Shown here: piece after piece, positions 28,905 through 38,812 of the stretch
How positions within the stretch are numbered: position 1 is the first letter of the stretch
Layout of the letters: the number at the start of each line of letters is the position of its first letter
Source of the DNA: Cenarchaeum sp.
GTDB taxonomy: Archaea > Thermoproteota > Nitrososphaeria > Nitrososphaerales > Nitrosopumilaceae
Assembly (NCBI GenBank): GCA_965206845.1
Contig: OZ242221.1
Span: 1,536,001 to 1,600,000, forward strand
DNA length: 64,000 bases
Direction of reading: 5' to 3'
Program-made: the position numbers and the translations under genes
The notes under the pieces: model-generated
What the model was told of the DNA's origin: nothing
The model's database searches: none
What the model saw: the letters and a program-made list of their open reading frames with translations, nothing else

Positions 28905-29450
28905 CTACCAAACCACCTTCTCCTTTTTTCTGGTGATGAGGAAGATTCCTGCCGTCAGGCCAAACTGGTACACCATGTAGATTATGACCTCAAACTCAGA
29001 CGGCGTGTAGTCGGTAAACCTGGCAAGAACCGCCACTGCAATCAGAGATGAGTTCATTATGAGTACAAAGTAGCGGGCTATGGTTGGAAGGACGGCAAAG
29101 CGGAACACTACAATCAGCAGCACGCTGATAGATGCAGCAATAACCGCGCCAAACCCTGCGCCCAGGCCAAGAATGCTCACTGTCAGCGTAAACAGCTCGC
29201 CCGTGGTCGCAGGGGTCACGAGCTCCTCTGTGGGAAACTTTTCCGGTACCGCAAATTTGAGAATGCCCGCGATCGAGTTTATTGTAAAGAGTATCAGCAG
29301 TATTGACGAGACCAGTCTTGCATGCCTCCTGAGTCCGGGAAACCTGTTTCTGATTCCGCGTCCCATGACTCCACCCTGGATGAATCCGACGGTAAGCACG
29401 ACAAGAAGCGTAGCGGCATAGTTCTCCCCGGCAATTCCCAGTATGTCCAT
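28905..29450 (-). CDS. Hypothetical integral membrane protein
   Basis: About five hydrophobic segments. Confidence 0.7.
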   Translation of the reverse strand: MDILGIAGENYAATLLVVLTVGFIQGGVMGRGIRNRFPGLRRHARLVSSILLILFTINSIAGILKFAVPEKFPTEELVTPATTGELFTLTVSILGLGAGFGAVIAASISVLLIVVFRFAVLPTIARYFVLIMNSSLIAVAVLARFTDYTPSEFEVIIYMVYQFGLTAGIFLITRKKEKVVW

Positions 29451-29776
29451 TCGTTTTGTAGCAAACCGCGTGGCAATAATATATTTTGCCAGGCGCAAAC
29501 GCGCGATGCCTCTTGTTGTAGCGGGTCAGGCGTGAAAGCCCGTCTGTGTGCACGAACTGCCCAAAGCAGGGGTGGGATTCTGATCTCACATGCACCGCCT
29601 GATCCCTTGGACCTGCCCCTTCAGACAGGATCATGGGGTATCTGAGAGGGTGCTGTGCAGAAGGTCAGGCGATGCCCGCACGGACTGCCTGGCAGCCTGC
29701 AAATGCTGCAAGGGGCCAGGCCGGTTTGTACGTCGGGGCCAGCACTGGCTACAGAGGCAGCCCGGCTCCTGCAGGA

Positions 29777-30169
29777 TCAGAATGTTCTTCTTTTGGTGTC
29801 TCGCAGCTCGCTCACAATCTCAAGAACCTTAAACGGGATATGGGTAAAGTCTAGGCCGAGCTCGCCGGAGGCAAGCAGCACGCGGTTCTCCGCTAGTGGA
29901 AAGCTCATGACTATGACCTTTTCCCTGTAGGACAGTGAAAAATGGACGGCTCCAAGCTCCCGGTCAAACTCGTGCCTCATCCTCACGCGCAGCGCAAGCT
30001 CCATGAACATCATCTCGTCCTGTTTTGTATCCTCTAGGGATTCTAGGCCGCTCTTCATTCCGCCTGCCATCAGATGGCCCCGGCTGTTTATGATTCGAGC
30101 CGAACGCATTCTTGGATCCAGGTCCATTATGCAGCTGCACATATCTTCAAGCCGCTTTACTTCATCCAC
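29777..30169 (-). CDS. Thaumarchaeal roadblock-like protein (DUF6659-like)
   Basis: MRSARIINSRGHLMAGGMKSG...EFDRELGAVHF...VIVMSFP. Confidence 0.75.
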   Translation of the reverse strand: MDEVKRLEDMCSCIMDLDPRMRSARIINSRGHLMAGGMKSGLESLEDTKQDEMMFMELALRVRMRHEFDRELGAVHFSLSYREKVIVMSFPLAENRVLLASGELGLDFTHIPFKVLEIVSELRDTKRRTF

Positions 30170-30580
30170 ATGTCGTGATCTGTATGAGAACTATTTATTA
30201 TGTGCCATGCGCAACAGGCCGGTTCGCAGCAGTTTGTGGATCTTTTCCCCAACGATCGACTGCACGCGTTCCCGGCGGTCAGCTTTTAGATTAGGCCACA
30301 GCGCGTCGCACAAACCCTGGATGTCGTACACAACCTCTCCGTGCTGCCTGTTGGCCTTTGATCCGATCGTGGCGACTCGGTATGCTGGAGCAGTGTCCCC
30401 CTTCTGGCTAAGGCAAGGACGCGGCGGTTTATCTCATCTGGGGGAATCATGTGCTTGTGTCCTGTGGACTTGGGAGTATAGCTCCCAATTCTCCAATGCC
30501 TGCGTATGGGTTGGTCATTTGCGCATGGTGCCCCCATATGTCTACGCTCGGCAGCAGGATCCGTCGGAGTTCAAGTACGC

Positions 30581-30592
30581 GAACTATTTATT
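30581..30592 (+). promoter_or_regulatory. Putative BRE/TATA of phaEC
   Basis: GAACTATTTATT about 25 nt before the ATG at 30615, overlapping an AGTTC-N8-GAACT inverted repeat. Confidence 0.45.
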
Positions 30593-30614
30593 GCGAACCG
30601 TGCGGCAATACGGC

Positions 30615-31505
30615 ATGGGCATGGATCCGACAAACTCCAAAGAGTATTACAAGCACCTGTCGCTCTTTTGGACCGACTTGGTTCACCTGATGTCGAGCAA
30701 GCCGCAGGCACTGACGTCGGTGGGGCCCATGAGGAACTACGCCGAGAACTCGAAGAGGATCGCAGTAGAGATGATAGAGTCAGCTGCCCAACTCAAGGAG
30801 TTCAACGACTCGCTACTGCTATACTACAAGCAGCTGGCAGACACCTGGTTTGACGCCCAGAAGAAGGTCAATGCAAAGATGCCGCAGGTACCCCAGGATG
30901 CGGAGCAGTTCGAGGCATACAAAAGAATCTGGGTAGACATACTGGACAACGACTTTACCGAGCTCTTTGACTCGAAGAGGTTTGGCGAGAACTACGGAAA
31001 GCTGGTGGCGCAGGAGATGGAGCTTGCCAATCACTGGAACAACGTAACAGACGTGCTGCTAAAGTCAGCAAACCTGCCAAGTAAAAAGGAGATCGACGAG
31101 ATGTACCGCCAGATGCACGATCTAAAGAAGCGCGTGTCTGTCCTTGAGTCACAGCTGCTGTTTAGAAGAGAGGGCAAGGCAGACGGCGTAAAGGCGCCCA
31201 ATGCTGTAGCGGTGGAGCCTAAAATATCAGGCAAGACGGGCAGCACAAAAGTTCCCAGGGCAGTAGCGGAGCCCAAAGCGCAGAGCAAGACCGACGGCGC
31301 AAAGGCGCCAAGGATCGTGCCTAAAAGGCAAGGCAAGACAGATGGCGCGGGGGCATCAAATCCTGTAGCCGCAAGACGGAGCAAGGCAGGCGGTGCAAAG
31401 GCGCCCAAGGTCGTGTCTAAGAGACAAAACAAAACAGGTGGTGTAAGGGCATCCAAGGCGAAGCCTAAACGACGGAGGAAGGCAGATGTCGCAGACAAGC
31501 GTTGA
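30615..31505 (+). CDS. phaE: Class III PHA synthase subunit PhaE with a Lys-rich C-terminal extension
   Basis: W...F.ELFDS..FGENYGKL and NLPSKKEIDEMYRQMHDLKKRV signature. Overlaps phaC. Confidence 0.85.
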   Translation: MGMDPTNSKEYYKHLSLFWTDLVHLMSSKPQALTSVGPMRNYAENSKRIAVEMIESAAQLKEFNDSLLLYYKQLADTWFDAQKKVNAKMPQVPQDAEQFEAYKRIWVDILDNDFTELFDSKRFGENYGKLVAQEMELANHWNNVTDVLLKSANLPSKKEIDEMYRQMHDLKKRVSVLESQLLFRREGKADGVKAPNAVAVEPKISGKTGSTKVPRAVAEPKAQSKTDGAKAPRIVPKRQGKTDGAGASNPVAARRSKAGGAKAPKVVSKRQNKTGGVRASKAKPKRRRKADVADKR

Positions 31506-32547
31506 TCCTAAGATAATTGAGAACATCCTGAGATTTGGCAGGCACATTGCCGATGCACCAAAGATGGTCGCCGCACCAGACGAGATATCCCTTGAGACCA
31601 CGGAGCACGATGTGGCGTACCGGGAAGACATGATCCGGCTGCTGCATTACAAGAGGCGCACGGAGAAGCAGCACAGAACCCCGTTGGTCATATCATACGC
31701 CATAATAAACAGATACCACATACTTGACATACATCCTGAGAAGAGCTGGGTACGCAACCTCCTGGATCAGGGGTTTGACGTGTACATGATAGATTGGGGA
31801 ACGCCGGGTCGGGCGGACAAGTATTTGGGCTTTGATGACTATGTGAACGGGTACCTGGATCACTGTATCAGGTTTGTGCAGCAGGCTGCCGATGTGGACC
31901 GCGTATCGCTGCAGGGATACTGCACAGGTGGCACCATTGCCACTGCGTATGCCGCGTTGCATCCGGAGAATGTGCGGAACCTCATAACCACCGCGCCGGT
32001 CATCGACGGGTGGCGCGACACCACGGTAATCAGCAACCTGGCAAAGCATGTGGATGTGGACAAGATGTTCTCTACAGTCGGCAACATGCCACCTGAGTTC
32101 ATGTACTACTGCTTTTCGGTGCTAAAGCCGTTTGAGCAGGGAATAGAAAAATACATCAACTTTTTCAACAATATAGAGAACAAGCGTTTTGTAGACAACT
32201 TTATCCGGGTGGAGAAGTGGCTGACGGACACGCCACCCATAGCCGGGGAGCTGTTCCGTCAGTGGATAAAGGACATCTATCAGGACAACCTCCTGATAAA
32301 GAACAAGATGCATGTTGGTGGCGAACGCGTATCTCTGAAGAATATCACCATGCCAATATTTACGCAGGTGGCAGTGGGTGACCACCTGGTGTCCCCAGAG
32401 TGCAGCATGCCGTTGCACTATGCAGTGGGAAGCGCCGACAAGGCCCTGAAGATGTATCCTACAGGCCATGTGGGTATGATTGCCAGCTCGCTCTCTCAGC
32501 GGATGGTTCTGCCGGAGCTGGGACGCTGGCTCCGCAGGCGGTCATAA
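31486..32547 (+). CDS. phaC: Class III polyhydroxyalkanoate synthase PhaC
   Basis: YAIINRYHILD, IDWG, lipase box GYCTGG, DHLV and TGHVG catalytic triad. Confidence 0.95.
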   Translation: MSQTSVDPKIIENILRFGRHIADAPKMVAAPDEISLETTEHDVAYREDMIRLLHYKRRTEKQHRTPLVISYAIINRYHILDIHPEKSWVRNLLDQGFDVYMIDWGTPGRADKYLGFDDYVNGYLDHCIRFVQQAADVDRVSLQGYCTGGTIATAYAALHPENVRNLITTAPVIDGWRDTTVISNLAKHVDVDKMFSTVGNMPPEFMYYCFSVLKPFEQGIEKYINFFNNIENKRFVDNFIRVEKWLTDTPPIAGELFRQWIKDIYQDNLLIKNKMHVGGERVSLKNITMPIFTQVAVGDHLVSPECSMPLHYAVGSADKALKMYPTGHVGMIASSLSQRMVLPELGRWLRRRS

Positions 32548-32922
32548 CACAGATACTTGCTCCAGCCCCCTGAGAGTGGCCTTTACCCTGCTGATGGCGG
32601 CAGGCCAGAAAACACGCGTACAGTGCGCTCTGTGTCTAGATGTGGATCAAGTCTAATCTTTGGCAACCCGGTATGCGGGCAGACAAAGGAGAGACTTTGA
32701 GTACTGGTAGACGCTGATTCACGCTGAGCCGCCAATCGGGGAGACCGCCCAGGAGAGGGCGCCGGATCCCTTGCTGAACGGACCCTTCTGGACCAGGCGT
32801 TAAGCGCCTCACCGCCGCCTTTCCACGATCGACCGGATGTGGCCTCTTGATCGCGCCGCCATCCGTCATGGTATGTGCAGGTGCGGCCGCCAGGAACCGG
32901 GCGGAGTGGTGCCTACCGGACC

Positions 32923-33033
32923 CTATGGCTGCAGCAGCTGGGATGCAGTAGACCAGATCACAGACGCCCCTATTGCAATCCCCACTGCACCCACGGCAGC
33001 TGCCAGCAGGAGAAACCTTCTGTTCTGCGCCAT
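32923..33033 (-). CDS. Small single-pass membrane protein (36 aa)
   Basis: MAQNRRFLLLAAAVGAVGIAIGASVIWSTASQLLQP starts just after the SPOUT gene stop. Not in the ORF track. Confidence 0.55.
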   Translation of the reverse strand: MAQNRRFLLLAAAVGAVGIAIGASVIWSTASQLLQP

Positions 33034-33040
33034 GCCGCCG

Positions 33041-33868
33041 TCATGGACCGCACCGGTATAAAGTCTGCCCCATGTTCAGTATGGCCAGTGTGCCCAGCAC
33101 TGCCTCCTCCATTCGGACGGTGCCGGTGTGCTGGTCCGGAAAGAAGTTCAGTATGCGGGAGTGTTGAACCGATCTGATCCTGGCACCCAGCATGTCGTGC
33201 AGCCCGCGATCCGCTGATCCAAAGACCAGAAGCAGCGGGTGCTGCGCTTGGTACTCCTTGAGCATTCCCGGCCCCGGCACCCTGCCCTTTCTTGATGTGA
33301 GAATTATCTTGCCCTCCCAAGAGGACAGCACAGATGTCAGCTTGCCCCTCTGTCGTGTGCGGTACCCCGTGTAGTGCGGCGACTGCTCCCCGGTGATCTC
33401 ACTGTGCCGCATATCCGGATGCCCGCTGGCAAAGAGGACCGTCACCCTGCGGCCGATCTCTTCTTTGCCGTGGTATGGCAGCGGCTTGGCAGTGCCGATG
33501 TCGATGAACTTCATTGATCTCTGGGATATGACGACCCCGTCCCTGGCATCGCCTGCCTTGATCTTGCTTGGATCCGGGGAGGCCTGATGGCCTGCGATGT
33601 TGAGCGGGTGCAGCACGCCGGCGTACTTGAGAGCTACTTCCTTGGGAAAGAGCCTCCTTCTCAGGTACGGTGGCGTCTCTAGATAGCGCAGCACGGTGAC
33701 AAGCAGCCGCCGGTCGCTGGACGATGCGCCGTCCTCGTACACCATCACCGATTGCACGCCAAAGACAGCCGCTGCCCGGGCTATGGCAGATACCTTTCTT
33801 GACTTGTCAAGCTGGGTCTTGTCGCCCTTCAGGCACGAGTCTGGTATGGCAATGGATGTATCTGGCAT
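33041..33868 (-). CDS. SPOUT-family RNA methyltransferase (DUF171/C9orf114-like)
   Basis: IARAAAVFGV, LRYLETPPYLRRRLFP, LLLVFGS and NFFPDQHTGTVRMEEA. Confidence 0.9.
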   Translation of the reverse strand: MPDTSIAIPDSCLKGDKTQLDKSRKVSAIARAAAVFGVQSVMVYEDGASSSDRRLLVTVLRYLETPPYLRRRLFPKEVALKYAGVLHPLNIAGHQASPDPSKIKAGDARDGVVISQRSMKFIDIGTAKPLPYHGKEEIGRRVTVLFASGHPDMRHSEITGEQSPHYTGYRTRQRGKLTSVLSSWEGKIILTSRKGRVPGPGMLKEYQAQHPLLLVFGSADRGLHDMLGARIRSVQHSRILNFFPDQHTGTVRMEEAVLGTLAILNMGQTLYRCGP

Positions 33869-33903
33869 CTGGATAACCGCAACAGTGAAAATATAAAAAC
33901 GGT

Positions 33904-34641
33904 CTAGCCGTTTAGCGCAAACTGCGACTTTGCAGCCTCGGCGTACTTTGCCACATCGTCGGCAGGTATGTTCTCAAATGTCTTCGAGTCGGATCTTATG
34001 CGCGCCATTCTGATGTGGTCTGTTCTCTTCTTCTCATCGCTTGATATGTAGATTGCCGCAGCTGCCAGCACCGATGCCTCGTCCATGCCGATCTCTGTCT
34101 TGAATGACTTTTCCAGAAAAGTAGTGACCTCATCCGCACTGGAGCCGATTGCCACCGCGTCATATGATATGTATGTGCCGCTGGGGTCGGTGAGGTACAG
34201 CTGGCTCCGCCCATTCTCGTCGATGCCACCGATGATCAGCGACACTCCCACCGGTCTTATGCCGGCGTACTGGGTGTAGCTCTGGCACATGTCTGCCAGG
34301 TGCTTTGATAGCGTCTCGGCGCCCACCGGCTCGTCGTATATCAGCTGGTTGCTCTGCGCAAAGAACCTGGCGTTGTCTACCATGTTCCTGGCATCGGGAA
34401 TGTATCCTGCCGCTGCCACCCCTATGTGGCCTGCTATCTGAAAGATCTTCTGGGCATGCGTATCTATCTGAAGCTTCTTTGAGCGCTCCTCTGCGGCAAT
34501 CACTATTCCGTCTGAAGACCGGATGCCGACTGCAATAGTTCCACGGTGAACCGTCTCGATGGCGTACTCCACCTGATAGAGCCTGCCGTCTGGAGAGAAG
34601 ACTGTGATTGCTCGATCATAACCTTGCTGGGCAGGAAGCAT
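33904..34641 (-). CDS. psmA: Proteasome alpha subunit
   Basis: GYDRAITVFSPDGRLYQVEYA, RPVGVSL and TDPSG. Confidence 0.97.
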   Translation of the reverse strand: MLPAQQGYDRAITVFSPDGRLYQVEYAIETVHRGTIAVGIRSSDGIVIAAEERSKKLQIDTHAQKIFQIAGHIGVAAAGYIPDARNMVDNARFFAQSNQLIYDEPVGAETLSKHLADMCQSYTQYAGIRPVGVSLIIGGIDENGRSQLYLTDPSGTYISYDAVAIGSSADEVTTFLEKSFKTEIGMDEASVLAAAAIYISSDEKKRTDHIRMARIRSDSKTFENIPADDVAKYAEAAKSQFALNG

Positions 34642-34695
34642 TTCGTTTTTCTGGTCGCGAATCTTTAATTAAAGTCTTGTCACACAGACGGGGCG

Positions 34696-35112
34696 TTGCG
34701 CTTTGAGGTTGCATTTCGCGGACATCCAAACATAAGATCCCTTCACACAAGAACCGTCGAGATCACAAGGGAGCCTGGCCTGACTCTCCAGGGCGACTGT
34801 ATAGTGGGGGTCTGTGCTTCGTCGGGGTGTCTGGGCCTGCCTGATGAACTCAAGGCACTGCTCCGGAGCGGTGGTGCGCGCGTCAGGATCACGATAGCAG
34901 TCGGGAACCGCACCTTTGTGATTCGGGGCAGGGGGGATCCTGGGCTGGATCTGTCGCACCCGGATGATATGGTGATCAGGACAAGCTCTTTTGTCTGCCC
35001 GCGCACCCTGGCAGTTGGGTGCAGTGCCGCATCGGACTCGCTGCCACGGGAGATGGTGCGGGATCTCCAGAGCCCGGACGCTGTCGGCGCCATGATCATA
35101 TCTGTTGCGTGA
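34696..35112 (+). CDS. DUF371 domain protein
   Basis: GHPNIRSLHTRTVEITRE..LT.QGDCIVGV and MVIRTSSFVCPRTL. Confidence 0.85.
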   Translation: MRFEVAFRGHPNIRSLHTRTVEITREPGLTLQGDCIVGVCASSGCLGLPDELKALLRSGGARVRITIAVGNRTFVIRGRGDPGLDLSHPDDMVIRTSSFVCPRTLAVGCSAASDSLPREMVRDLQSPDAVGAMIISVA

Positions 35113-35244
35113 GTGTGTGTGGTCTGCCGCACCGGGCCGGGCGCAAGAGCCTGCCCGAATGCGCGGGTCTGCGCCCAAACAAACGTGGAATCCGGTCCCG
35201 TGCGGGTGCTACAAATTTTATACCGTGGATGTCACCGTACCTGC

Positions 35245-35367
35245 ATGGGGCGCCTCACCAAAATCTTCGTGCTGGTTCCGCTGATAGTCTTTGCCGGCGT
35301 GATATTTGGCTTTGGGATGTACAACACAATCTGCAAGAACGCCCACATCAACCTGCTAAACTGCTAG
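35245..35367 (+). CDS. Small membrane protein (40 aa)
   Basis: MGRLTKIFVLVPLIVFAGVIFGFGMYNTICKNAHINLLNC, with TTTTATA about 25 nt upstream. Confidence 0.5.
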   Translation: MGRLTKIFVLVPLIVFAGVIFGFGMYNTICKNAHINLLNC

Positions 35368-35416
35368 GCTACATAGAAGCGAGCCTCTTATAGGGAAGAC
35401 GGCACACCACACCTCT

Positions 35417-35752
35417 GTGGATGAGCACGTCATAAGGCTGTCCGTACCGAAGATGCCCACAGACGATCAGCTGAGGAAGATCCGGGAGTGTTTTGAGGCC
35501 ATGCCTGCAGAGGAGATACTGGCGGGCCTCAGGTTTGCGCACAGCAGGTGGCAGGCAAAGGACGCCGGCGTGCTAAAGGTGGGAAGAAAGAGCATCATCC
35601 AGAAGGAGGTTCACTCGGTGACAGCAGAGCAGGCGCGGTGGCGGCTGGACAATTGGAAGATGATGGTTGCCAGCTACAGGCGGCACGGCTACAGCTACCC
35701 CACCATATCCAGGATAAAGAAGGCGTACAGCGGTATAGCAGGCGGCCAGTAG
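35417..35752 (+). CDS. Hypothetical protein
   Basis: 111-aa ORF with typical codon usage and TTATA upstream. Confidence 0.7.
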   Translation: MDEHVIRLSVPKMPTDDQLRKIRECFEAMPAEEILAGLRFAHSRWQAKDAGVLKVGRKSIIQKEVHSVTAEQARWRLDNWKMMVASYRRHGYSYPTISRIKKAYSGIAGGQ

Positions 35753-35763
35753 GGCTGCTGCCG

Positions 35764-36411
35764 CTAGATCATGGTGCCTTGCCGTTCCTCGACTATCTCG
35801 TCCTTCAACTCTGCAGGCACGTCTGGGATCAGTGCCTTGGCCTGGCCAGATATCTTGGCCTGGGCCTCCTCCATAATCTCCAGCGCCTCGCTGTTGGAGC
35901 TGCCCGCAGAGATCAGCTCCCCGGTATGGTTTACAGACGATGCCTGGAGTACGTCCCCTAGCATGCTTGAGAGATCCTGCATGGACATGGCGGCATCGGG
36001 CACCATTCCTGCCAGTGACGGTCCCAGTCCCTTGATTATGGACATGCATGGGCTGAGGGTTACTACAACGTCTCCAAGCTCCGATACCGTATTGAGCCTG
36101 AGCTTTATCTGCTCCATGGCCAGCCTGGAGCCGCTGACCAACTTGCACATCTTGCGGGCCTCGCCCAGCTCCGTGGCATAGGCCCTGGCGTAGGCGTTGT
36201 GGTTGGCTCGCTGGGCATCGACCACCTTGTTAAACAGAACATCGCTCTTTGCCCTCAAACTGCCGTGAACGGCGTCGAGCTTTCGTATCTGCGTCTCCAG
36301 ATTGCTCTGCGCCGCCTCGATCTTGCTCTTCAGCGGGGCTACCGGCTTGACCCTGTCTATTACCTGTGATAGGTTGCCTTTCTTGTCAGGTCTGTTCCAT
36401 CTGCCGATCAT
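35764..36411 (-). CDS. ESCRT-III/Snf7-family (CdvB paralogue) protein
   Basis: Coiled coil with ARAYATEL..RKM, LAMEQIKLRLNTVSELGD and EALEIMEEAQ. Confidence 0.9.
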   Translation of the reverse strand: MIGRWNRPDKKGNLSQVIDRVKPVAPLKSKIEAAQSNLETQIRKLDAVHGSLRAKSDVLFNKVVDAQRANHNAYARAYATELGEARKMCKLVSGSRLAMEQIKLRLNTVSELGDVVVTLSPCMSIIKGLGPSLAGMVPDAAMSMQDLSSMLGDVLQASSVNHTGELISAGSSNSEALEIMEEAQAKISGQAKALIPDVPAELKDEIVEERQGTMI

Positions 36412-36646
36412 GATATCCCTTGCGTTTGGTTGAAGAATCTACTTTAAACACGTCTGTAACCGCGTACCCTGTAACCGGAGTGACAGCGGGGTTGGGTTAC
36501 ACCGGTACTCGATCTTTTGCCCCCGTATCCGGGAATTGCACGCCTGCATTGCGCCTGCCGGGGCAGGCATGTGCGCGGTGTCGCCTGCGCGTCTCTAAAT
36601 GGTGTGTGGCATGGAACCGCCTGCAGGTACCACAGGACACCTGCCA

Positions 36647-37798
36647 TCAGCCAAACGTGAACGTGAATATCTCAAAGCCGGGATCTTCCACTATGATGTG
36701 CAGCAGGTGCGAGCCTGCCTCCTGGCTCTGGACTATGTTGTAGAGGCGGTGCTCCTCTGTGTGGACTATGCCCGTCTGGGTCGTGTCCTGCCCCACCAGC
36801 GTGCCCACATCGCTACCCCAGTGCTGCTCTGGAAGGGTGGTTCCGTCACCGGTGACGAGTAACACCTGCAGGTCTGCGCTGTTGCCTGCCACTATGTTTA
36901 CCTCCTTGGCGCGGTACGGGAGCACGATCTCGCCGACATCTGAGACCAGCTTCATGCTGCCCCCACGATTCTCCCATGTGCCTGACAGGTAAAAGTAGTC
37001 CCGTGTGAGCGAGTCCGGTATCGTGTACGTCACATCGGAGCGGGGGGCAAAGCCCTCTGGACTTCCCAGCTGGTTTCTGCCCTGCGCAAAGTTGTACCCA
37101 AAGTAGAGCTCCGGCGTGCGGGATCTGGTGTGCTCAAACTCCTCGACGTCCACCAGGGATTCGGCCACGGCCGTCTGCATTCCAAGCGCCGCTGCCCTCT
37201 CTGCCAGCAGCGACTGAATGACGCGCTCGGTCTCGTCGTAGCTGCCCTCGCCTATGTGGTCATACCTGATGAAGCCCTCGTGATCCGCTATGTACTTTCT
37301 TGGCCAGTACCTGTTCTCAAAGGCCTTCCAGGTCTCCATGTCGTTGTCAAGCACCACGGGGTACGCGATGCCGTGCTTGTCCACTGCGGCCTGGACGTTG
37401 CTCAGCTCCTTCTCGAACTCAAACTCCGGCGCATGGATTCCCACGATCAGCAGGCCCTGATCCGCGTACCTGTCGTCCCAGGCCGTAATGTATGGCAGTG
37501 TCCGGATGCAGTTTATGCACGAGTAGGTCCAGATGTCGTACAGAACCACCTTGTCCTCTATCTCCGCCTCCAGCTCCTCGGGGGAGGTGTTGATGTATGC
37601 TGCAATTCCGATTATGCCCGGCGCCTGCTTGAAGCCGGACTTGTCTATTGCCGGTGCCGGTACGCCGGGCTCTGGTGGCTCCACGACGGGCTGCACCTGG
37701 GCTTCGTCCAGGGCCGAGAGGCTGAGGCTGATGCCGGCAACGGCTGCGACAATTACCACGCCAAGTATTACTGCTGTTTTTGCTCCGGACTCCATCAT
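36647..37798 (-). CDS. Membrane-anchored redoxin (DipZ C-terminal-like)
   Basis: N-terminal TM, WTYSCINCIRTLP, HAPEFEFEK, NRYWP and TPELYFG. Confidence 0.9.
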   Translation of the reverse strand: MMESGAKTAVILGVVIVAAVAGISLSLSALDEAQVQPVVEPPEPGVPAPAIDKSGFKQAPGIIGIAAYINTSPEELEAEIEDKVVLYDIWTYSCINCIRTLPYITAWDDRYADQGLLIVGIHAPEFEFEKELSNVQAAVDKHGIAYPVVLDNDMETWKAFENRYWPRKYIADHEGFIRYDHIGEGSYDETERVIQSLLAERAAALGMQTAVAESLVDVEEFEHTRSRTPELYFGYNFAQGRNQLGSPEGFAPRSDVTYTIPDSLTRDYFYLSGTWENRGGSMKLVSDVGEIVLPYRAKEVNIVAGNSADLQVLLVTGDGTTLPEQHWGSDVGTLVGQDTTQTGIVHTEEHRLYNIVQSQEAGSHLLHIIVEDPGFEIFTFTFG

Positions 37799-37799
37799 A

Positions 37800-38528
37800 T
37801 CACCCTAGTAATAGCAGCTCGTTGAGAAGTGGAAAGTTTGCAATCAGCGCCAGCTGGTTTGTGAACACCAGAACCCCGAGGACTATGATGAATCCGCCGA
37901 GCATCACAGAGTAGTACTTGAGGTGCCGGCTGATGGAGCGTATCACTCTGGTGGCCCTAGAGAAGAACAGTGCCAGCAGTATAAACGGAATGCCAAGGCT
38001 CAACGAGTACACCAGCAGCAGGTTGAATGCCAGCGACGGCGTGGTGGCCGCCAGCGTAAGTATTGTTCCGAGAATGGGTCCCACGCAGGGTGTCCAGCCG
38101 GCAGCAAACGCCAGTCCGAACACAAATGACATGGGGTAGCTGGCCTTTGCTCTCTTTGGAAAGAATTTCTTCTCCATGTTGAGGGATCTGAACCTTGTGG
38201 TAAGGAGCAGGAATACCCCAAACGCGATAATTATGATGCCGCCGATCTGGCTGAATCCGTTGATCAGCTCTGTGGCAGAGCCTGCCAGGACGCTGTTGAT
38301 TACCACGCCTAGCGTGGAGAAGACCACCGAGAACCCTAGCACAAAGAAGACTGAGTTGAGCACCACGCCGCTTCGGTTTACCGTGACGGTGCTGGTCCCC
38401 TTATGGCTGAGCTCCGTTATCGTGGTGCCGGAGATATATGCCAGAAATGCAGGTATCATGGGAAGGATGCATGGCGCCACAAACGAGCCCAGTCCTGCTA
38501 GCGCGGCTACTGCGAGTGTGACTTCCAT
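37800..38528 (-). CDS. ccdA: CcdA-type thiol:disulfide interchange membrane protein
   Basis: SFVAPCILPMIP and WTPCVGPILG. Confidence 0.9.
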   Translation of the reverse strand: MEVTLAVAALAGLGSFVAPCILPMIPAFLAYISGTTITELSHKGTSTVTVNRSGVVLNSVFFVLGFSVVFSTLGVVINSVLAGSATELINGFSQIGGIIIIAFGVFLLLTTRFRSLNMEKKFFPKRAKASYPMSFVFGLAFAAGWTPCVGPILGTILTLAATTPSLAFNLLLVYSLSLGIPFILLALFFSRATRVIRSISRHLKYYSVMLGGFIIVLGVLVFTNQLALIANFPLLNELLLLG

Positions 38529-38707
38529 ATGGTAAAAACGTGCGAATTTACTTTTAACATTTGCTCCAAATCTGTTCCAAAATTCGTACAAATTGGGCGG
38601 GATCGGCTGCCGGAACACGGACTGCTTGCACCCGGCTTCGGGTGCAGATGCCGAACGGCTGTTTGCACCGTCGGTGGCTTTTTATCTCGGCGCGTGATCC
38701 TTACGAT

Positions 38708-38812
38708 GTGAATCAGCGGTATGTAATCGTGGGCATCATTCTGGGAATCACAATTGCAATTGCCTTCTTTGCGGGTTCGCCTATGTTTGGCGGGCTTGAC
38801 GGGAACAGGTAG
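38708..38812 (+). CDS. Small membrane protein
   Basis: (M)NQRYVIVGIILGITIAIAFFAGSPMFGGLDGNR, one hydrophobic helix. Confidence 0.45.
   Translation: MNQRYVIVGIILGITIAIAFFAGSPMFGGLDGNR

Noticed and set aside
30003-30614. Long N-terminal extension of PhaE in the ORF track
   Set aside because: It overlaps the opposite-strand gene and reads as non-coding, and a TATA box sits just before the ATG at 30615.
32560-32920. Possible SRP or RNase P RNA, or group I intron, in a GC-rich intergenic region
   Set aside because: The conserved motifs (SRP helix 8, RNase P P4 GAGGAAAGUCC, intron P7) were not found on either strand. An Infernal/Rfam scan would settle it.
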